This document shows positions 40,698 to 49,820 of a stretch of DNA of 64,000 nt, piece after piece. Every line of letters begins with the position of its first letter. Within the stretch, counting starts at the first letter, position 1. Source of the stretch: Methanoregula sp. (GTDB lineage Archaea; Halobacteriota; Methanomicrobia; Methanomicrobiales; Methanospirillaceae); assembly GCA_039698055.1 (NCBI GenBank), contig JBDKTL010000030.1, positions 1 to 64,000 of the forward strand. Reading direction: 5' to 3'. Position numbers and translations under genes: made by a program. Under the pieces are notes generated by a model that was not told the origin of the DNA, searched no databases, and saw only the letters and a list, made by a program, of their open reading frames with translations.

Positions 40698-41363
40698 ACG
40701 GATGGCCCGCCCAGGCACACAGCGCGACAGGCCGCGTGATCGCGTCCCGTAACCGCGCCGTGTGACCATGACCCGCCCCTTCGGTTTCCTGTTGGTACGC
40801 GATCGCTTCGGTTGGACCCACCCGACAAAGCGAGCGACCGTCCGCTGATGTGTCCGGTAACCGTCGCTTTGTCCTCCCGCCCGGACCCGGTAATCCTGCC
40901 GAAGGCAGGGGTCATCCTGCCTGACTGCCCGCCCTTGGGCGGGAGGAGCGCAGCGGGCGGTGGGTAGTGGCCCAGCGGCCCGAGGGAGCGCCGCTTCAGG
41001 GTGCGAAGGTAACGAACCGCATCAGCGGTGAGTCCGAGCCCCTGATGCGTCGCGCGACCGAGTCACTGAGCGTTCCGCGTGCGCCCGATCAACAGCGACG
41101 AACACGATGCGGAGCATGGTGTGAGGAGCGGGCCGGGCAGCCGCTGGCGCCGGAGCCTGCGACAAGCCAGGGGCGTCATCCTACCAACAGAGCAACCTCA
41201 AAAAACAGCGAGGTGATGTGAAGCGAGCCGGAGCATCAGCGAGGACGAGTGAACATGACCGAGCGTCTTCATGTCCCGTAAACCAATAGGGGAGGATCGC
41301 CGCCCCACTCAGCACGTTTCGTGCACCTGCGGCGCACTCGCATGTGCTTCGCGGACCGGCTTG
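40698..41363 (+). repeat. Structured repeat family copy C (longest copy, with multiple hairpins and long-range complementarity)
   Basis: Hairpins CCTGCCgaaGGCAGG and CCCGCCCttGGGCGGG. Complementary pairs GACAAAGCGA/TCGCTTTGTC, CCGCTGATG/CATCAGCGG and CTGTTGGTA/TACCAACAG. Segments are shared with copies A, B, D and E. Confidence 0.85.
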
Positions 41364-41372
41364 TGTTACAAT

Positions 41373-41717
41373 TCAGAGCAGCTTGGAATCTTTTCCTTTG
41401 CCGGTCGTTAACATCTTGACAACCATCACCCGGAACACCGCGTTGCTCTCATTTATCCAAGTATGTGCAATCATGGCGGGACTCTCAACAATGGAATCCT
41501 TACTGACACTTTGCCGTTCGTCACCGATTTCGACAATTCCGGTTCCTTCGAGTACATAGAAGAAAACATTAACGGGCGTGATATGTTTCTTGAGTGATTC
41601 ACCGGGTTTGAGGGTAATGACAACCGCAGCGGTATCCGGGGATTCGAAAATCTTGCGAACATCAACGTTGTGCGGATTCTTGATCGATGCTATTTTTGCA
41701 ACTTCAGTAATCTTCAT
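41373..41717 (-). CDS. Cupin domain protein
   Basis: LKPGESLKKH.TP..FFYVLEGTG...P...AH. Confidence 0.85.
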   Translation of the reverse strand: MKITEVAKIASIKNPHNVDVRKIFESPDTAAVVITLKPGESLKKHITPVNVFFYVLEGTGIVEIGDERQSVSKDSIVESPAMIAHTWINESNAVFRVMVVKMLTTGKGKDSKLL

Positions 41718-41719
41718 TC

Positions 41720-42409
41720 TTATTTCACCTTTTCAAGAGGAATGTATGGAATCAAAGAAAGTAATTCCGATTTCAACAAATCGATACCAATGCGTTCCAT
41801 GAACCAGGCTGTCCGCTCGTGCGGTTTTGCATGACTCAGGTAATACCGGGAAAGCCGCTCCGCACAATCCACCACTTCGCCAGCGGTGAGATCCCGCGCA
41901 ATGAGATCGCCGAACCGGGGCCGGGTACCGGCGTTTCCCCCGAAAAAGACGGTCCAGCCGGTCGGGGTTCCCACGATCCCGATATCCCGCGTATGGCTTT
42001 CACTGCAACAGCGCGGGCATCCGGATACACCGATCTTAATCTTTGCCGGAAACGTCCGATCCTTGAACTTTTCATCTATTGCGCGGGCAAGCCCGATCGA
42101 GTCCTGTTTCCCGTACTTGCACCAGTCAGTGCCAAGGCATGCCTGGACAAACTTGACGCAGGGTGCACTCTCGGGTTTTGCAAGCGGGCCCAAATCATTG
42201 ATGATGTTCTGCACAGATTCCGGCTCAAGGCCCGCGAACAGAATTCGCTGTCCCGAGGTAATCTTCAGAACCGGTACATTGTACTTTCTTCCGACTCTGG
42301 CAATAGTTTCCAGTTGATCGGGTGTAATAATACCAGCAGGTATCCGGGTAGTGACCGCATAGGTTTTGCCGTCCCGCTGGAGAATTGCTCCTTCTGTGGA
42401 TTTTGTCAT
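41720..42409 (-). CDS. Nitrite/sulfite reductase-like 4Fe-4S/siroheme domain protein
   Basis: LQRDG, KITSGQR, ACLGTDWCKYG and KIGVSGCPRCC. Confidence 0.85.
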   Translation of the reverse strand: MTKSTEGAILQRDGKTYAVTTRIPAGIITPDQLETIARVGRKYNVPVLKITSGQRILFAGLEPESVQNIINDLGPLAKPESAPCVKFVQACLGTDWCKYGKQDSIGLARAIDEKFKDRTFPAKIKIGVSGCPRCCSESHTRDIGIVGTPTGWTVFFGGNAGTRPRFGDLIARDLTAGEVVDCAERLSRYYLSHAKPHERTAWFMERIGIDLLKSELLSLIPYIPLEKVK

Positions 42410-42420
42410 ACTCCTCACGA

Positions 42421-43281
42421 CTATTTGGTTGAGCGTTTTTGATGGGATTTTCTTCCGATCTTGTTTGTGTTTTCCCCTGTTTTCTCCGCACTGCCGGTAA
42501 TTTCACGCGCTTCTTCAATCATCTGGGAGAACAATCGGTTCTGAACGCAGGTGATGAAGGGGAGCGTGATGATAACCGCCATTCGTTTCCCGTTCTGTGA
42601 GTAGATAAGCATTGATTCCCGGTCATCAGCAATAAGAATGCACTCGAGTTTGAAGAGTGCACCCTCCCGGTGAATAGGAGCTGAGAATATTTTCTCAAAA
42701 ACAGCCACTCCGAAAAAATCGCGATGGGTCCCGGCTTCAAAGTACCTGATACCCTCCCGTGGAACGATCCCATCCGCACCCCCTTCGGGGAACAGGATTT
42801 TTACCGCCCGATCCTTCGCGATGAACGTGACCGGCTCCTGGAATTTGGCCAGAGTCTCCGGGTTAAAACAGAGAACAATCAGCTCGCTGGTAACGTCTTC
42901 AACCAGCATCTCAAGATTCCGCTGGATGGTCCAGTCGGAATGGACATACCAGATCGGTGAATAATCCTGCTGGGCGTCCACTGACAGCGCCTCCAGGGTC
43001 TTCACACTTTCCGAGGCAGCGGTATCAAGATCTTTTTTCAGGAAGGAGACGACGATATCCGGGCGGACGGCACGGTACATGAGCGGGCTCCCCTGCCGTA
43101 TCTCAATGAATCCTTTTTCATCGAGTGCATGGAGAACATCATATACCCGTGGGCGCGGGACTCCACTGGCTTCATGGATCCTGCGGACATTGGTTTCACC
43201 CAGTCCGACAAGGGCGACATAGATCTTGGCTTCATATTCTTTGAGTCCCAGTCGGGCAAGATTTTCAATTGCTGAATCCAT
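42421..43281 (-). CDS. TrmB-family transcriptional regulator
   Basis: LGLKEYEAKIY...SGVPRPRVYDVL..L..KG. Confidence 0.9.
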   Translation of the reverse strand: MDSAIENLARLGLKEYEAKIYVALVGLGETNVRRIHEASGVPRPRVYDVLHALDEKGFIEIRQGSPLMYRAVRPDIVVSFLKKDLDTAASESVKTLEALSVDAQQDYSPIWYVHSDWTIQRNLEMLVEDVTSELIVLCFNPETLAKFQEPVTFIAKDRAVKILFPEGGADGIVPREGIRYFEAGTHRDFFGVAVFEKIFSAPIHREGALFKLECILIADDRESMLIYSQNGKRMAVIITLPFITCVQNRLFSQMIEEAREITGSAEKTGENTNKIGRKSHQKRSTK

Positions 43282-43335
43282 TTGTTACTTTGTTAGGGAC
43301 AACAAAATTAAATAGTTATCTGCCAAGCGTACTGC

Positions 43336-43770
43336 ATGACTCAGACACCGGCAGAGAAAACAAATATCGCCATCGTCCGGAAATTTTTCGAAGTGGGACC
43401 GTCAAAAGGAGACCTTGCGGCAGCCGGCGCATTGCTCCATCCCGGATTTTCCCTGCACACGCCATTGCCAACACCTGGGCCCGGGGTTGAGGCAATGAAG
43501 AATGTCATCGTGACCTGCCGTGCTGCGTTCCACGATCTGAATGTGACGGTCGATGATATCATGGCGGTGGAGGACAGGGTAACTGCCCGCTTCACGGCCC
43601 GGGGAATCCATAAGGGAGAATTCATGGGCCTCCCACCCACCGGAAAAGCGATCACGATGACCGGCATAGAAATTTTCCGTATAAAGGACGGAAAAATCGT
43701 TGAGCTGTGGGGTGAGGTAAACCTGATGGGGCTGATGCAGCAGCTCGGCATTTTGCCGGCCCCGGCATAA
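43336..43770 (+). CDS. SnoaL-like ester cyclase family protein
   Basis: AFHDL...GIHKGEFMGLPPTGK..IFRIKDGKIVE.W. Confidence 0.88.
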   Translation: MTQTPAEKTNIAIVRKFFEVGPSKGDLAAAGALLHPGFSLHTPLPTPGPGVEAMKNVIVTCRAAFHDLNVTVDDIMAVEDRVTARFTARGIHKGEFMGLPPTGKAITMTGIEIFRIKDGKIVELWGEVNLMGLMQQLGILPAPA

Positions 43771-43799
43771 TCAAGGCGCAATAAAGGAGGAATACTGTC

Positions 43800-44609
43800 A
43801 TGGTCTTTGATCAGATTCCAAAAGCTGCAGGCTTTATCTACGCGCTCGTGATGATCTTTGTTATAGCATATCTCTGGTATTCCGGGCGATGGCAACAGAA
43901 GCTTGGCTGGCTGGTCCTCGTTGTTTCTGCGGCACTGGGTTTTCTCATTTTCGCTCCGGTAGCACCCTGGCAATTCCAGCAGCTTGTGCTGCGGGATGTA
44001 CAAGGTCTGGGAGCTCCGCTCATTGTCGGCGTCATCGGGCTCACCATTGTATTTGTCCTGACGCTGGTTTTAGGGCGATTCTTTTGCGGATATCTTTGCC
44101 CGGTTGGCGCTGTACAGGAAATTGCCTATCACGCCCCCATCCCGAAAACCAATCCCCGCCAAAAGACTGCATTCATGGCAGTAAGAGCAGTCGTCTTTGT
44201 CGTGTTTCTTCTCCTGGCATTCTTGCTGTCAGCCTCGTTGCTTGCCTGGTTTGGCATCAGGGATTTCTTTTACCTTACCCTGACGAGCGGGTCGTTTGTG
44301 TTCATCATCGTGGTACTGCTATCCATGACCTTGTACCGCCCGTTCTGCCGCCTTGTCTGCCCGTACGGGGTACTGTTGTCGCTCGGTGCATGGAAGAGCA
44401 TTCTCCGGTTACAGAGAACCGATGCCTGTATCAAATGTAAAAAATGTGAGAAGGCGTGCCCGACCGATGAAGCAAAACGTGATGACGGGAAAGCTGAGTG
44501 TTATCTCTGCGGGCGGTGCGTGGATGCCTGCCCGACTACCGGGGCTTTGATCTATAAACGTCGGAATGCTGATGGGAATAAATGCGTACAGGATCAAAAA
44601 CACACTTGA
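43800..44609 (+). CDS. Membrane-bound 4Fe-4S protein (NapH/MauN-like)
   Basis: GRFFCGYLCPVG and RPFCRLVCPYG, plus two CxxCxxCxxxCP motifs. Confidence 0.88.
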   Translation: MVFDQIPKAAGFIYALVMIFVIAYLWYSGRWQQKLGWLVLVVSAALGFLIFAPVAPWQFQQLVLRDVQGLGAPLIVGVIGLTIVFVLTLVLGRFFCGYLCPVGAVQEIAYHAPIPKTNPRQKTAFMAVRAVVFVVFLLLAFLLSASLLAWFGIRDFFYLTLTSGSFVFIIVVLLSMTLYRPFCRLVCPYGVLLSLGAWKSILRLQRTDACIKCKKCEKACPTDEAKRDDGKAECYLCGRCVDACPTTGALIYKRRNADGNKCVQDQKHT

Positions 44610-44621
44610 ATGGAGGATAGT

Positions 44622-44987
44622 ATGGTAGAATTCAAATTAGAAAATCCGGATAAGCTTGATAAGAAGCGGGAAGAACTGAAAGGAAAGGTCATCAATCTTC
44701 CGGAGCTTGTGGGCTATGCTGACGGGACGGTCGCAAGCCGGATGATCATCAACAACAAAGCCGGGAGTATCACCATCTTTTCCTTTGATGAGAATGAAGG
44801 GCTCTCCGAGCACACAGCCCCGTATGACGCTGTGGTTACGATCCTTGAAGGGGAGTGTGAGGTGTGGATTGCCGGTACGACCCTCCAGATGAAAGCGGGC
44901 CAGACTATTATCTTTCCGGCAAACGCTCCCCACGCACTCAGCGCCATCACGAAATTCAAGATGACGCTGACCATGATCCGGGGGTAA
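44622..44987 (+). CDS. Cupin domain protein
   Basis: GLSEHTAPYDA..ILEG...PANAPHAL. Confidence 0.88.
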   Translation: MVEFKLENPDKLDKKREELKGKVINLPELVGYADGTVASRMIINNKAGSITIFSFDENEGLSEHTAPYDAVVTILEGECEVWIAGTTLQMKAGQTIIFPANAPHALSAITKFKMTLTMIRG

Positions 44988-44991
44988 CTGC

Positions 44992-45282
44992 ATGGGCGGG
45001 AATGATCAGGACGGATATTATTGCACCATCTGCGGAGGTATCCCTCCCGACAAAATAAACATCAGGCAGATTCCCGTTGACGGCAAAGCGACCGGAATTG
45101 ACAAGCTGGACTGGATCGTTGCAGAGGTACGGAAACTGAACCTTTCCGATGACTCCGTTATCACGGAGGAACTGCTGAAACGGACGAAGGCGCTCAACTA
45201 CGTTCCCACCCGAAAGGAAAAGGAGTATGGCGAGGCGCTGCTCCTGGAATATAAAAAAACAGGGAGTGAATCCGGTGCTTGA
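44992..45282 (+). CDS. Small CxxC-containing conserved hypothetical protein
   Basis: YCTICGG..NYVP..EY..AL..EY pattern, in an operonic position. Confidence 0.7.
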   Translation: MGGNDQDGYYCTICGGIPPDKINIRQIPVDGKATGIDKLDWIVAEVRKLNLSDDSVITEELLKRTKALNYVPTRKEKEYGEALLLEYKKTGSESGA

Positions 45283-45511
45283 CCATCGTCCGGGTGCTGC
45301 GAACATCAGGACCCCGACCCTCTCGATAATGAAGTGCCTCCCGTATGGCAACGGGGTGGAGGTATTCTCAAACGATGTGAAAGTAGCCTGTGATCACTGT
45401 GGCTTTATTGTCTACAACAATTTCCTTTCGTGTGTCCAGTGGTACAAGTACGCGGGGTAGTGTGTCGGTAAGGAGACGTACCGGAAACTTGTGGAGAGAA
45501 AAGAGGGATGA
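45275..45511 (+). pseudogene. Degenerate small zinc-ribbon protein with an in-frame TAG
   Basis: PGAANIRTP..KC...VEVFSND..CDHCGF..SCVQWYKYAG*CVGKETY. The frame continues past TAG 45458-45460 to TGA 45511, and several expected Cys appear replaced. Confidence 0.6.
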
Positions 45512-45594
45512 TGGAACGACTATCGCCAGATGATACGTTTCCTGACCCTGATGCTGAACGCAAAGGTAAAGATACCAGAAAGTGAGGATGAAGT

Positions 45595-46146
45595 ATGCCG
45601 CCACATTGTGATACCAGGGACGGCCCGGTTGTCAAAGCAGCGAAAAAAGCACTGGAGACCGGGAATCTCAATTACGTACTGATCTGGATTCCAAAAGAAT
45701 CTGAAAAGGAACTGAAAGATGTGTTTGCACGCACCCTGCGTGCAAGAAAAGCCGGAAAGGATGCGCAGGAAGTTGCTGATGATTGGTTCTTCGAAAATAC
45801 CATCCGGCTCCACCGCGCCGGTGAGGGCGCCGCTTATACGGGTATGAAACCCGCCGGCCTCAGTGAAGGTCCGGTTGTACCAAGAGCGGAGAAAGCTATC
45901 GAGACTGAGGATCCCAAAGAATCGATCGGGTTTATCCTCAAGACGGTCGAAGACGATCTCACCCATCGCTTCCATCACGTCATGACAAAGAAAAAATATG
46001 ACGTGAACGATGTGGCTGCCGGCCGGGAATACATAGAAGCGTTCATCGGCTGGGTTGTCTATTCCCATCACCTGTACGTGAATGTCACGAGCGGGGACAG
46101 CCATGGAGAACAATCTGCAAAGAATGGTGGCTGCGGCCACCATTGA
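45595..46146 (+). CDS. DUF6448-like protein
   Basis: HCDT.DGPVVKAA..WFFEN..RLHRAGEGA.YTGMKPAG..GREY..A...YSH. Confidence 0.75.
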   Translation: MPPHCDTRDGPVVKAAKKALETGNLNYVLIWIPKESEKELKDVFARTLRARKAGKDAQEVADDWFFENTIRLHRAGEGAAYTGMKPAGLSEGPVVPRAEKAIETEDPKESIGFILKTVEDDLTHRFHHVMTKKKYDVNDVAAGREYIEAFIGWVVYSHHLYVNVTSGDSHGEQSAKNGGCGHH

Positions 46147-46168
46147 ATTTTTCTGGAGTTGCAATACC

Positions 46169-47668
46169 ATGCAGGAAGTAATCAAAAAGATGATCACGGA
46201 AGCGATGGCTGCCCAGCACGCCGATGTGAACCAGGTAAAAAAGAAACGCGGGGAGAAATTTGTCATTGACGATACGAAAGCGTATGTCGATGCGGTCAAG
46301 GTTATGAAACCCGCCGGGGGCCAGAGCAAAGCGGTCTTTGGCCTGCACACCGACTCGGTCAATGCCCATTACACCATTCTGAAGGGCCTGACGAACACGA
46401 TCCGTCCTGAGGACGACCCCTTTGTCGAGCACTACCAGACCCCGGTCATCATGGAGATGCTCTACGACGCCGATCCAAAGTTCCGGAAGAGCGTGGATGT
46501 ATTCATCAAGGCTGTTGGGAAAGCCGAAGCCCTGATTGGCAAAGAGTCTGCCCGCCGGTACGCGGGTTTCTACGGCCCAACCTGTGTCGTGGACTTTGCC
46601 CTTATCCCGGGCAGCAGCAGCAATATCGTCAACCAGATCCTGAAATCCACGGATATCCCGGTTCCTCACAAGCAGACAATCCTCGCCGCAAAGTCCTGGG
46701 CCATGAACACCTCGTACGGTATCGGGGATGTCTTTGCCCACGCGGTTGAAGGGGGAGCAACCCTGGCGGATGCAGTTAAGAAAGAGGTTGCCATGGTCCA
46801 GTCCATCTACGACACGCCGGTCGATGCCCAGGCAAAACTCATGGACAGTGTAGGCCAGAATTCGTTTGACTGCCGGAAGTACATGAAAGAGTACCGCACG
46901 AAGATGAAGGGAGCCGTCAGTGCCTCGCTTGATGAAGGGGTCCATTATGGGAACATCGTGACCGTGCCAGCCTATTGCGTCGGGGACATCGCCCACCACA
47001 TCTCCCAGTCCACGTACAACATGTGCAAGGACGACGTGATCATGGCCGTCATCGAGGCCGTTACCGAAGTTATGGACAAGACTCTGCACGCGGCAGCCCC
47101 GAAGATGAAGACCGAGAACGAGGTGCTCTCGGTAGCGACCGGGTCCTCGGCCGCGGCTGCGGAATATATTCTCGAACTTGACGGATTCAACGCGATCATG
47201 GTCGTGGATATGCTGACGAAACGCTACCACAATTATGTCCAGCTGTACCCGAAGCGGAGTGCAGCCATCGAACTCCACAACTGCGATTTCATGGACATGA
47301 TCTACCGGGGCTGGAAGATGGTGGACAAGGCCCGGAGAATGCAGAGCAGCGAACCCGGCCTGGTGACGCCAAAAGTAGCCGGGTTCAATGTCGATCTCTC
47401 GCCCATCCTGAAGAACGAGGTGCTCGCAAACCCGCAACGGTACGCCTACCCGGCCTGTGCTATGACCGTCCGGTTCTCGGCGATGATGCGCCTCTCCGAC
47501 TACCCGTGCCTGCTGACGAGCGAGCCGGTCACGGCAACCCTGATGACCAACATCATCGCACTCCACAAAGAGGTTGCAGCAGCCCCGGCACGGATCTGCA
47601 AGGACTGTGCATCGGCTGCCCTGATGGATTTCCGGCACTGCTCCTGCCAGTGGAAGGAAGCGGTCTAA
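46169..47668 (+). CDS. DUF2193 family protein (C-terminal Cys motif, putative Fe-S)
   Basis: PEDDPFVEHYQTP, GFYGPTCVVDFA, YCVGDIAHH and C-terminal CKDC..HCSC. Confidence 0.85.
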   Translation: MQEVIKKMITEAMAAQHADVNQVKKKRGEKFVIDDTKAYVDAVKVMKPAGGQSKAVFGLHTDSVNAHYTILKGLTNTIRPEDDPFVEHYQTPVIMEMLYDADPKFRKSVDVFIKAVGKAEALIGKESARRYAGFYGPTCVVDFALIPGSSSNIVNQILKSTDIPVPHKQTILAAKSWAMNTSYGIGDVFAHAVEGGATLADAVKKEVAMVQSIYDTPVDAQAKLMDSVGQNSFDCRKYMKEYRTKMKGAVSASLDEGVHYGNIVTVPAYCVGDIAHHISQSTYNMCKDDVIMAVIEAVTEVMDKTLHAAAPKMKTENEVLSVATGSSAAAAEYILELDGFNAIMVVDMLTKRYHNYVQLYPKRSAAIELHNCDFMDMIYRGWKMVDKARRMQSSEPGLVTPKVAGFNVDLSPILKNEVLANPQRYAYPACAMTVRFSAMMRLSDYPCLLTSEPVTATLMTNIIALHKEVAAAPARICKDCASAALMDFRHCSCQWKEAV

Positions 47669-47693
47669 TAGCGGGACAGGGAAGTGAGCAATC

Positions 47694-47906
47694 ATGAAAT
47701 GTTACGTGTGTGCAAAGGAAGGAAAAGACAGTGATGCCGTTGCTGTCTGCGTCGCCTGCGGCATGGGGACCTGTATGAAACATACGATCCGGAAAGAGGT
47801 CGATGTCTGGGAAGGCGGATACCCGCTTCCCTCCCGGAAACTGCCAAAGAAGATGCCACGGATGCTCTGCCCGGACTGCAATGCAGCATACGGGGAGGGA
47901 AAGTGA
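47694..47906 (+). CDS. DUF2180 family small Cys-rich protein
   Basis: MKCYVC..AVAVCVACGMGTCMKH..LCPDC. Confidence 0.85.
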   Translation: MKCYVCAKEGKDSDAVAVCVACGMGTCMKHTIRKEVDVWEGGYPLPSRKLPKKMPRMLCPDCNAAYGEGK

Positions 47907-48646
47907 TGGCATCACTTTCCAGCCGGAGCATTGCTGAAGGTGTAGGGACGGCACTCCTCGTGTACTTCGGTGCCGGGGCAGCAGCTATCACGCTGATGAT
48001 TGCGGCCGGGACAAAACCGGCAACACCATTCAACATCGGGATCGGCCAGCTCGGCGGGCTCGGTGACTGGTTTGCGATCGGTATCACCTTTGGTATTGTT
48101 ATCGCTGCCGTCATCTACTCGCTCGGCCGGGTCTCGGGGGCCCACATCAACCCGGCCGTGACCATTGCGCTCTGCGCAACGAAACGGTTCCCGGCCGGAG
48201 ATGCGGTTGCGTATATTGTTGCCCAGTGCATTGGTGCCGCGATCGGGAGCCTGTTCTTCTTCCTGACCGTGGGAATGGATGCAGTTACGATTGGCGGGCT
48301 CGGGGCAACGGCACCGTTTCCCGGGATCGGGTACAGCCAGGCGATCCTTGTCGAGGCAATAGCAACCTTCGTGCTGATGCTTGTCATCATGGGAGTCGCC
48401 GTGGACGAACGTGCCCCGCAGGGATTTGCCGGGCTCATCATCGGTCTGACCGTGGCCGGTATGATCACGATGGCCGGTAACCTCTCCGGCGCATCGCTCA
48501 ACCCGGCCCGCACGTTTGGGCCGTACGTGATGGACTTCCTGCTCGGTGGTTCGAACCTCTGGATATTCTTCCCGATCTATATTGTGGGGCCGATTATCGG
48601 GGCAGTCTGTGCTGCATTTTTCTATGACCGGATAACCGCGGAGTAA
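47906..48646 (+). CDS. MIP-family aquaporin (AqpM-like)
   Basis: Two NPA motifs (HINPAVT and SLNPART) and six TM helices. Confidence 0.93.
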   Translation: MASLSSRSIAEGVGTALLVYFGAGAAAITLMIAAGTKPATPFNIGIGQLGGLGDWFAIGITFGIVIAAVIYSLGRVSGAHINPAVTIALCATKRFPAGDAVAYIVAQCIGAAIGSLFFFLTVGMDAVTIGGLGATAPFPGIGYSQAILVEAIATFVLMLVIMGVAVDERAPQGFAGLIIGLTVAGMITMAGNLSGASLNPARTFGPYVMDFLLGGSNLWIFFPIYIVGPIIGAVCAAFFYDRITAE

Positions 48647-48780
48647 AACAATCCAATCCTTTTTCCGGAATCGATCTGGTTGACGGGATTCTTTTTTAAC
48701 GGATTTTTGAAGATCCGCCCAGCACCTCATGAAAAACCATACCGTACATCATCTGACGGATTGATCATCGGGAGATGTGC

Positions 48781-49800
48781 CTAATCGATCCCCTGCCGGT
48801 ATATCTTCTCCTTTTTTCCCCGCCGCTGTTTCACCCGTTCCACTCCGCTGGATATCAGCGCGGAGATGACGATGGGCAGGGCAATGGTTGCATCGACATG
48901 TACCTGTACCTGCAGGCTCGTTGCCGATTCCTTACCCCAGCTGATCGCTTCTTCAAAAGTACAGCCGGAAAGCCCGCCCCACTGGGGGGAATCCGTTGTG
49001 TACTGGATAGCATATGCATGCCCGCCAAGGTCCTTCTCGTGGATCGATCCAATCACCTGCGTCTGCTGAATGAAGTTCTTGGGCACCCCGCCACCCACAT
49101 AGATGACACCGGATTTCTTTGCTTCCTCTACCCGCGCCGTGATCTCGTCAGCATCGGCGATCTGGTCGATATCGATATCAAATCCCCGGCGTCGTGCAAT
49201 AAGAAGCCCGATACCGATCGACGAATCGGCCAGTGCCGGGATAAAGATCGGTACCTTCTCCTTCGCGCAGACCGAAGTGAGCGATTCATACTCCGGCCTT
49301 TTCCTCCCCAGCCATTCTCCCCATAACCGGGTGAACTCCCGCGAAGAACCCCGGAACGGCGCGATCGATTCAGACCATGCGGCTATCGCGCGGTCAACGG
49401 TCCGGAACTCCTCCTCGAACGCAAAGACATCGTAGATGCGGTCGATGCCTTTCCGGTAGAGCTCGCGGTCGTCAGCGGTATGGTGGCCACGGTAATGGCG
49501 GATGCCGAGATGCTCGCAGGAATCGTGAAATATGTTCGCACCCGTTGATACAATCACATCAACAAAATGCCGTTGTACCATCTCGACAAGACACCGCTGC
49601 ATACCTGCTGGTATCATCGCACCCGAGAGCCCGAAGAAGATCGTACACTCAGGATCGGCAAGCATACGGCGCCATACCTCCACCGATTCCCCCAGTTTGC
49701 GCCCCTGGAAGCCGGTCCGGGCCATACCGGACAGGAGGGATGCAACGTTATCTGATGGGCAGACGGGTGAGATTGTTTTCATCGGGTGTTTTTTTGTCAT
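48781..49800 (-). CDS. Deoxyhypusine synthase(-like) protein
   Basis: STGAN, DRIYD, GGGVPKN and GGLSG.TFEEAISWGK with the catalytic Lys. Confidence 0.9.
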   Translation of the reverse strand: MTKKHPMKTISPVCPSDNVASLLSGMARTGFQGRKLGESVEVWRRMLADPECTIFFGLSGAMIPAGMQRCLVEMVQRHFVDVIVSTGANIFHDSCEHLGIRHYRGHHTADDRELYRKGIDRIYDVFAFEEEFRTVDRAIAAWSESIAPFRGSSREFTRLWGEWLGRKRPEYESLTSVCAKEKVPIFIPALADSSIGIGLLIARRRGFDIDIDQIADADEITARVEEAKKSGVIYVGGGVPKNFIQQTQVIGSIHEKDLGGHAYAIQYTTDSPQWGGLSGCTFEEAISWGKESATSLQVQVHVDATIALPIVISALISSGVERVKQRRGKKEKIYRQGID

Positions 49801-49820
49801 TTCCCCAACGGCTTTTATAC

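Noticed and set aside
45458-45460. Pyrrolysine read-through
   Set aside because: Other degenerative substitutions are present, the lineage is not known for Pyl, and no pyl genes are in the window.
46085-47695. 536-aa minus-strand ORF
   Set aside because: Antisense shadow of the codon-biased DUF2193 gene, with no motifs of its own.
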